Made by a program: the position numbers and the translations under genes. A stretch of DNA of 64,000 nt, from positions 3,614 through 67,613 of the forward strand of contig JACQZC010000045.1 in assembly GCA_016207905.1 (NCBI GenBank), in the 5' to 3' direction. Shown piece by piece: positions 56,558 to 61,487 of the stretch; position 1 is the stretch's first letter, and the number at the start of each line of letters is the position of its first letter. The notes under the pieces are model-generated. The model saw only the letters and a list, made by a program, of their open reading frames with translations. It ran no database searches and was not told the origin of the DNA. This DNA is from Nitrospirota bacterium. GTDB taxonomy: Bacteria; Nitrospirota; Thermodesulfovibrionia; Thermodesulfovibrionales; JdFR-86.

Positions 56558-56876
56558 GGATTCTTACAAAGCCCTCTTTGAGTTTCTTACTCCTTAGCTT
56601 TCTAAATTGGGTGAGGAGATTCGTTTCATCCTCGGTAAGATAAGGAGCATCGGGCTCAGCCACTCCGCTATCGTCGGGAATGAATGTGCTTACAGGAACA
56701 TTCAGGGCATCTGCTACCTGCCTTAGTCTTTTTATGGTAAGCTCCGATACGCCCTTTTCGTACTTCTGAACCTGCTGATAGGTAATGTTCATCTGTTCGG
56801 CAAGCTCCATCTGGGTCATGCCTGCTACCTTTCTTAGTCTTCTTATAAGATTTCCTATATCTTTTTTGGTAATCAT
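56520..56876 (-). CDS. XRE-family helix-turn-helix transcriptional regulator
   Basis: LRKVAGMTQMELAEQMNITYQQVQKYEKG is an HTH_3 motif. It overlaps the convergent rimI 3' end by 38 nt. Confidence 0.85.
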   Translation of the reverse strand: MITKKDIGNLIRRLRKVAGMTQMELAEQMNITYQQVQKYEKGVSELTIKRLRQVADALNVPVSTFIPDDSGVAEPDAPYLTEDETNLLTQFRKLRSKKLKEGFVRILKDMTEMSLRKG

Positions 56877-57063
56877 TTTCTAAATTTTTTTATTTATTTA
56901 TTATCTAAAATAACACCTTGCTTTTAAAAAAGCAACCATTAATTTCACAGCAGATGAATTATTAACGATTCAAGAAACATAAATCTACAATCCAAAGGTT
57001 GTGTTTTTAAAATACTTATACTTTAGGGTGTAGTCAGATACTACAATTTAAAATAGAAATATG

Positions 57064-57092
57064 TTGACATATACAATTTTAAGTAGTATAAG
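57064..57092 (+). promoter_or_regulatory. near-consensus sigma70 promoter abutting the start codon (candidate leaderless transcript)
   Basis: TTGACA (57064-57069), a 17-nt spacer, then TATAAG (57087-57092). The ATG at 57098 lies only 5 nt after the -10, and no SD is present. Confidence 0.55.
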
Positions 57093-57097
57093 TAAGC

Positions 57098-57460
57098 ATG
57101 AAGCAAAGTATTCTCATAATAGAGGGCAATGAGATTAAAAAGAAAATCCTTAAGGATTTTTTCTGGTTTTACGGCTACGATGCCCTGTGTGTGGACAGTA
57201 TAGATGAGGCAATCAGCTCATTGCAAACGAGGGGGTTTAGCCTCCTTATAGTTGACTATCATCTGTCGGGCATGAACTGGTCAGCCTTCATAGAGACGAT
57301 AAGGAGCACATATCCAAATATGCCAATAATAGGCATGTGTAGAAAGGAAGCGGAATTCCGCGATTTAGGCATAAGAAAGGTTATAAGTAGCCCTTTTGAC
57401 CTTAAGGGGCTTATGGATGAAGTAGGCTTCCTCCTTAATACTCCAAGACCCCATCCATAG
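57098..57460 (+). CDS. stand-alone receiver (REC) domain protein with degenerate active-site residues
   Basis: 120 aa with a CheY-like fold. The phospho-acceptor Asp is present (LLIVDYHL, D53), but the DD pair is EG, the conserved Thr/Ser position reads GMC, and the conserved Lys is Ser (ISSPF). Confidence 0.75.
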   Translation: MKQSILIIEGNEIKKKILKDFFWFYGYDALCVDSIDEAISSLQTRGFSLLIVDYHLSGMNWSAFIETIRSTYPNMPIIGMCRKEAEFRDLGIRKVISSPFDLKGLMDEVGFLLNTPRPHP

Positions 57461-58514
57461 GGGTTTTACATCTAAAGCAGGCTCCCTCTTTAATCCTGTT
57501 TTCGATTATGCTAAAGCCAAATCTTTTGATGAGAAGCTCTTTACACTTCGGGCAGTATGTGTTTTCACCTCCTTCTCCAGGGACATTTCCCTCATAAACA
57601 TATTTTAGTCCTGCCTCAAAACCCAATTGCCTTGCCCATCTTAATGTCTTAACAGGTGTGCGAGGCTTATCGGTTAATTTATATGTAGGATAAAACTGTG
57701 TCACATGCCATGGGATTGATGGGTCAACCGAGCTTATGAACTCGGCAATGTCCCTGAGCACTTTTTCTGAGTCGTTGTGGTCAGGGATTATGAGGGTTGT
57801 CACCTCAACCCACACTCCAAGCTCCTTCATGAGCTTGATGGTCTCTTTGACAGGCTCAACCTTAGCATGACATATCGATTTATAGAACTCATTGTCTCCT
57901 TTAAGGTCTATGTTATTTGCATCGAGATACTCTGCCGCAACCCTTGCAGACTCAGGTGTCATAAAGCCATTGCTTACAAAGACATTCTTGATTCCCTTTT
58001 CCCGTGCAAGCCTCATACAGTCATAGGCAAACTCGAAAAATATAGTTGGCTCCGTATAAGTATAAGAGATACTCTCACATTTGTATCTTTGGGCAAGCTC
58101 TACTACCTCCTCAGGCGTCATATCCTTTCCGGGTATTGGAACATCGGGGTTTTCCCTTGGATACTGTGAAATCTCATAGTTCTGGCAATGCTCGCACCTG
58201 AAGTTACAGCCAACCGTTGCAATAGAAAAAGAGCTTGACCCTGGAAGGAAATGAAAAAGGGGCTTTTTCTCTATGGGGTCTATGTTCATCGAGATGACCT
58301 TTCCATAGACAAGGCTATAAAGGGTTCCGTCTATATTTTCCCTTACATGGCATATGCCTCTTTTCCCAGGCTTTATTGTGCATCCATGTCCGCATAGAAA
58401 GCACCGAACCTTTCCATCTTCGAGCCTCTCATAAAACATTGCCTCTTTCATAGAAAGATTATAGCTTAGAACATTCCTCTTTTCATCTATTTTTTCTCCC
58501 TTCCACCCGCCCAA
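57435..58514 (-). CDS. AmmeMemoRadiSam-system-type radical SAM enzyme
   Basis: The radical SAM cluster motif CNFRCEHCQN, the N-terminal Cys-rich segment VRCFLCGHGC...GICHVR, and C-terminal CPKC...CFRC match this family. The likely true start is MKEAMFYE at 58451. Confidence 0.85.
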   Translation of the reverse strand: MGGWKGEKIDEKRNVLSYNLSMKEAMFYERLEDGKVRCFLCGHGCTIKPGKRGICHVRENIDGTLYSLVYGKVISMNIDPIEKKPLFHFLPGSSSFSIATVGCNFRCEHCQNYEISQYPRENPDVPIPGKDMTPEEVVELAQRYKCESISYTYTEPTIFFEFAYDCMRLAREKGIKNVFVSNGFMTPESARVAAEYLDANNIDLKGDNEFYKSICHAKVEPVKETIKLMKELGVWVEVTTLIIPDHNDSEKVLRDIAEFISSVDPSIPWHVTQFYPTYKLTDKPRTPVKTLRWARQLGFEAGLKYVYEGNVPGEGGENTYCPKCKELLIKRFGFSIIENRIKEGACFRCKTPMDGVLEY

Positions 58515-58562
58515 TTTAAAGGTATGGTGGCTTTGCCCCCTATAAAAAAATAATTCCCTCTC

Positions 58563-60743
58563 TCAAACCTGTCTCTTTATGCTCTCTGCAACCGAGCTTC
58601 CGATAGAAGGGACAGATGTTAGCGCATCGACCGATGCCTCTTTGATGTCTTTGATGCCCTTAAATCCTGCACCGAAGAGGCTTCTTGCCCTAACCCTTCC
58701 AATGCCTTTGAGGCTGACAAGCTCAAGAAGTTCTTCCTTGACACCATATGAAAGTCTGACCCTGAGCCTGTTTATATCCTTTACCTCTTCCTTAATGCCA
58801 AAGACCTTGCCTATCTCGCTTGAGGAATAAATGAGCCAATTGCTTAGCTCTACGAGGCTTCTCAGGTCTCCAGGGCCAATTCCAAAGTGGCTTGTTATTT
58901 TATCCTCAGGCATCTCAAGTATCCACTGCATGAGCAAGGATGCAGTCTTAAGTTGAGAGAGGCTCTCATCAGTGGGATATTCCTCTTTTTCTGAAATCAA
59001 AAGCTTATCCTGATGTGCATAGAAAACATCGAGCATCTCCTCATGGTCTTTCTTTCTAATCGTAAGCCTCATCATGTCAGGGGTGCGGGCTATAAGGTGA
59101 AACATGGGGAAAGCCTCTTTAGGCTTTGGCATACGAATACCATCCCGAATTATCACTGCACTCATTGGGTCTATGTAAAGCTCAGAGACCCTTTTTCCAA
59201 ACCTTGTTGCATGAAGCTCCTCTTTCACCGAAACCACCATGCCTTCTTCCGAAAGAAAATCCACTATGTCCTCTGCAATACCCATAAGGAAAGACACACC
59301 CCTTTGAAAGCCGGCAAATGTAGTGCCTAAGAATCCTTTAAGCTCTTTCGTTGTGCCTGTAAATCCACCTGCTATAGATGCAAGTATGTGAGTTCTAAGG
59401 GCTGATGGTGTTATAAGCTGTGAGAGGATTTTTTCGGGTCTGCCTTTTATATATTTTTCAAAAAGTCTTTGTTCGTCCCTGATACTTCGGGCTATAAGGA
59501 CAGTCTCTCCGTATTTATCGTATCCGGGTCTTCCTGCCCTTCCCGACATCTGTTTTATCTCGATAACTGGAATCGGCAGTTGACCTATGCCTGACTCATA
59601 CCTCAGCCAGTCCCTTATGATGACCCTTCTTGAGGGCAGGTTTAGTCCCATTGCGAGGGTTGTCGTTGAGGCTATGAGCTTTATCTTATTCTGCCTGAAT
59701 GCATCCTCTATGAGTTTTCTCTGGGTGTAGTTAATGCCTGCATGATGAAATGAAACACCTTTTGCAATCTGCTCTGAAAGTTTTCTACAAAGGTGCGTAG
59801 GCTCAGAGACCGCTGAAAGCACCTCCTCTGAAAGTTCCTTCAGTTCATCTGTCTTTTCTTTTTGGAGGATAGCGCCTACATACTCCGAGCACCTTCTTGA
59901 AACCGCCTCTGTCGATTTCCTTGTACTCACAAACACAATAGCCTGCCCCCCTTCCTTTATTGTCTCAAGTGAGAGGTCAACCACATCTATCCTACTTTCT
60001 TGAGGACAATGCCTGACAGTGCCATCACGAAACATTGTCTTTCCGTTATAGTAAACCCCTTCTTTTAGAGGAACAGGTCTCCAATCAGACTCTATGAGCC
60101 TTGCATTAAGCCACCTCGATATCTCATCTGCATTAGGGATTGTGGCACTCAGGGCTATAAGCCTTAAACAGGGGTTTATTGCCCTAAGACGGCTTAGGAC
60201 TATTTCGAGGGTAGGACCTCTACGGGAGTCTCCCATGAGGTGTATCTCGTCTGCTATGACCAATCCCACATCCTTTAGCCAGCCTGCATGATGCCTTATA
60301 AGGGAGTCAATCTTTTCGTTTGTTGCAATTATAAGGTCTGCACTGTGAAGCCATGGCTCTTCCCTGTCATAATCTCCTGTGCTTAAGGCAACCATCATGC
60401 CCAATGCCTTATATTTCTTTAAGAAGTCCTCGTATTTTTCCCTTGCCAATGCCCTCAAGGGCACAAGATATATTGTCTTTTGCCTTGCCTCGAGGAATAC
60501 CTTGAGTATTGACATCTCGGCTATAAGGGTCTTCCCAGAGGCAGTTGGCGCAGAGATGACAAACGACTCCTCTCCCTTAAGAAGTCCTGCCTGAATCGCC
60601 ATTTCCTGCGGAGGATAAAGCTCCTTAAGACCTGTTTCAGAAATGGCATCTATCAGCTCTCGAGAGCCACCATACTGCCTAATGTCATTTATATTCATAG
60701 GCTTAATTATCGCACATCCTGTTAGATTGTTGGCAATTTTCAC
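58563..60743 (-). CDS. Ski2-like superfamily 2 DNA helicase, archaeal Hel308/Hjm type
   Basis: Motif I APTASGKT, motif II DEIH, motif III SAT, motif VI QMSGRAGRPG, winged-helix/ratchet regions, and a C-terminal helix-hairpin-helix segment (LKGIGRVRARSL...VPSIGSSVAESI). The probable start is at 60698. Confidence 0.85.
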   Translation of the reverse strand: MKIANNLTGCAIIKPMNINDIRQYGGSRELIDAISETGLKELYPPQEMAIQAGLLKGEESFVISAPTASGKTLIAEMSILKVFLEARQKTIYLVPLRALAREKYEDFLKKYKALGMMVALSTGDYDREEPWLHSADLIIATNEKIDSLIRHHAGWLKDVGLVIADEIHLMGDSRRGPTLEIVLSRLRAINPCLRLIALSATIPNADEISRWLNARLIESDWRPVPLKEGVYYNGKTMFRDGTVRHCPQESRIDVVDLSLETIKEGGQAIVFVSTRKSTEAVSRRCSEYVGAILQKEKTDELKELSEEVLSAVSEPTHLCRKLSEQIAKGVSFHHAGINYTQRKLIEDAFRQNKIKLIASTTTLAMGLNLPSRRVIIRDWLRYESGIGQLPIPVIEIKQMSGRAGRPGYDKYGETVLIARSIRDEQRLFEKYIKGRPEKILSQLITPSALRTHILASIAGGFTGTTKELKGFLGTTFAGFQRGVSFLMGIAEDIVDFLSEEGMVVSVKEELHATRFGKRVSELYIDPMSAVIIRDGIRMPKPKEAFPMFHLIARTPDMMRLTIRKKDHEEMLDVFYAHQDKLLISEKEEYPTDESLSQLKTASLLMQWILEMPEDKITSHFGIGPGDLRSLVELSNWLIYSSSEIGKVFGIKEEVKDINRLRVRLSYGVKEELLELVSLKGIGRVRARSLFGAGFKGIKDIKEASVDALTSVPSIGSSVAESIKRQV

Positions 60744-60852
60744 TTTTTTCTGCCTTTTAATTTAATGTTAATAGGGGAAGGGGGGTATCCCCTAACATAT
60801 TGATTTTAAAAGATTCTTATTTTAATTTTGCTTTAATAATTAACATTAATTT

Positions 60853-60882
60853 TCCGTCTTCCTGAGCCTGCCGAAGGGTCTC
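60853..60882 (-). repeat. REP-like unit related to unit B at 53496-53524
   Basis: The minus strand reads GAGACCCTTCGGCAGGCTCAGGAAGACGGA, compared with GAGATTGCTTCGGCAAGCCTCGCAATGACA at 53496. They share a GAGA...CTTCGGCA...CTC...GAC scaffold. Confidence 0.4.
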
Positions 60883-60910
60883 TCCTTTCCCCCTTCAAAC
60901 TATAGTTAAA

Positions 60911-60940
60911 ATAATAGCAGTTTAATCCCTCTTTTGTCAA
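60911..60940 (-). promoter_or_regulatory. candidate sigma70 promoter for the helicase gene
   Basis: The minus strand has TTGACA (60940-60935), an 18-nt spacer, then TATTAT (60916-60911). Confidence 0.4.
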
Positions 60941-61025
60941 GTAAAAAATGAACTATGGTTTATACGGCTTCTCATTCTGAGCAATAGGTCTTTGGGGTCG
61001 AATTTCCTCAGCCTGTCAAGCTTAT

Positions 61026-61487
61026 TCAGAAGTCCTCGGCATTCCTTGTAACAATTCTTGTTTCATCATCGTTTAGTCCGTAAAGCCTGTAGACTATTTC
61101 ATCTATTAGGTTATCCGTGTTTTTGATTTTTGCCTTTAGTGGCTCAAGAACTGACATGCTTTTTGTGAAGTGCCTTTCAAAGAGTTCCTGAGTTTTTCTG
61201 TCAGAAGGGTCTATTGGGATGCTCCGTTTGTTCTTTTTAAGGATTTCAAGAAAATACTTAAAGTCATGCTCATGGTATTCCTTGATTGCTGTCTTATTTG
61301 ACAGGCTCTCAATCCCTACCTCTACCTCCCGCTCAAGCCATCTTAGAAAGTCCTTGATTTCCTCGTTCTTCTTTTTGTTCATTTCAATCATCTGCTCTGC
61401 AAGATAGGCAAGGAGGTCGTGAATGGTGTCATTCCTGTCGGCTTTAAGCTCCTCTGCCACCCATTTTATAGTATTATGAAAAATCAT
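61026..61487 (-). CDS. detached C-terminal module of the Eco57I/type IIG-like methyltransferase
   Basis: 153 aa. IHDLLAYLAEQMIEMNKKKNEEIKDFLRWLE...KKNKRSIPIDPSDRK...LEPLKAKIKNTDNLIDEIVYRLYGLNDDETRIV matches the C-terminal tail that, as I recall, is normally fused to these enzymes (...TDxLIDxxVYxLYGLTxEEIxIVE). Its ATG overlaps the upstream stop (ATGA). Confidence 0.7.
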   Translation of the reverse strand: MIFHNTIKWVAEELKADRNDTIHDLLAYLAEQMIEMNKKKNEEIKDFLRWLEREVEVGIESLSNKTAIKEYHEHDFKYFLEILKKNKRSIPIDPSDRKTQELFERHFTKSMSVLEPLKAKIKNTDNLIDEIVYRLYGLNDDETRIVTRNAEDF

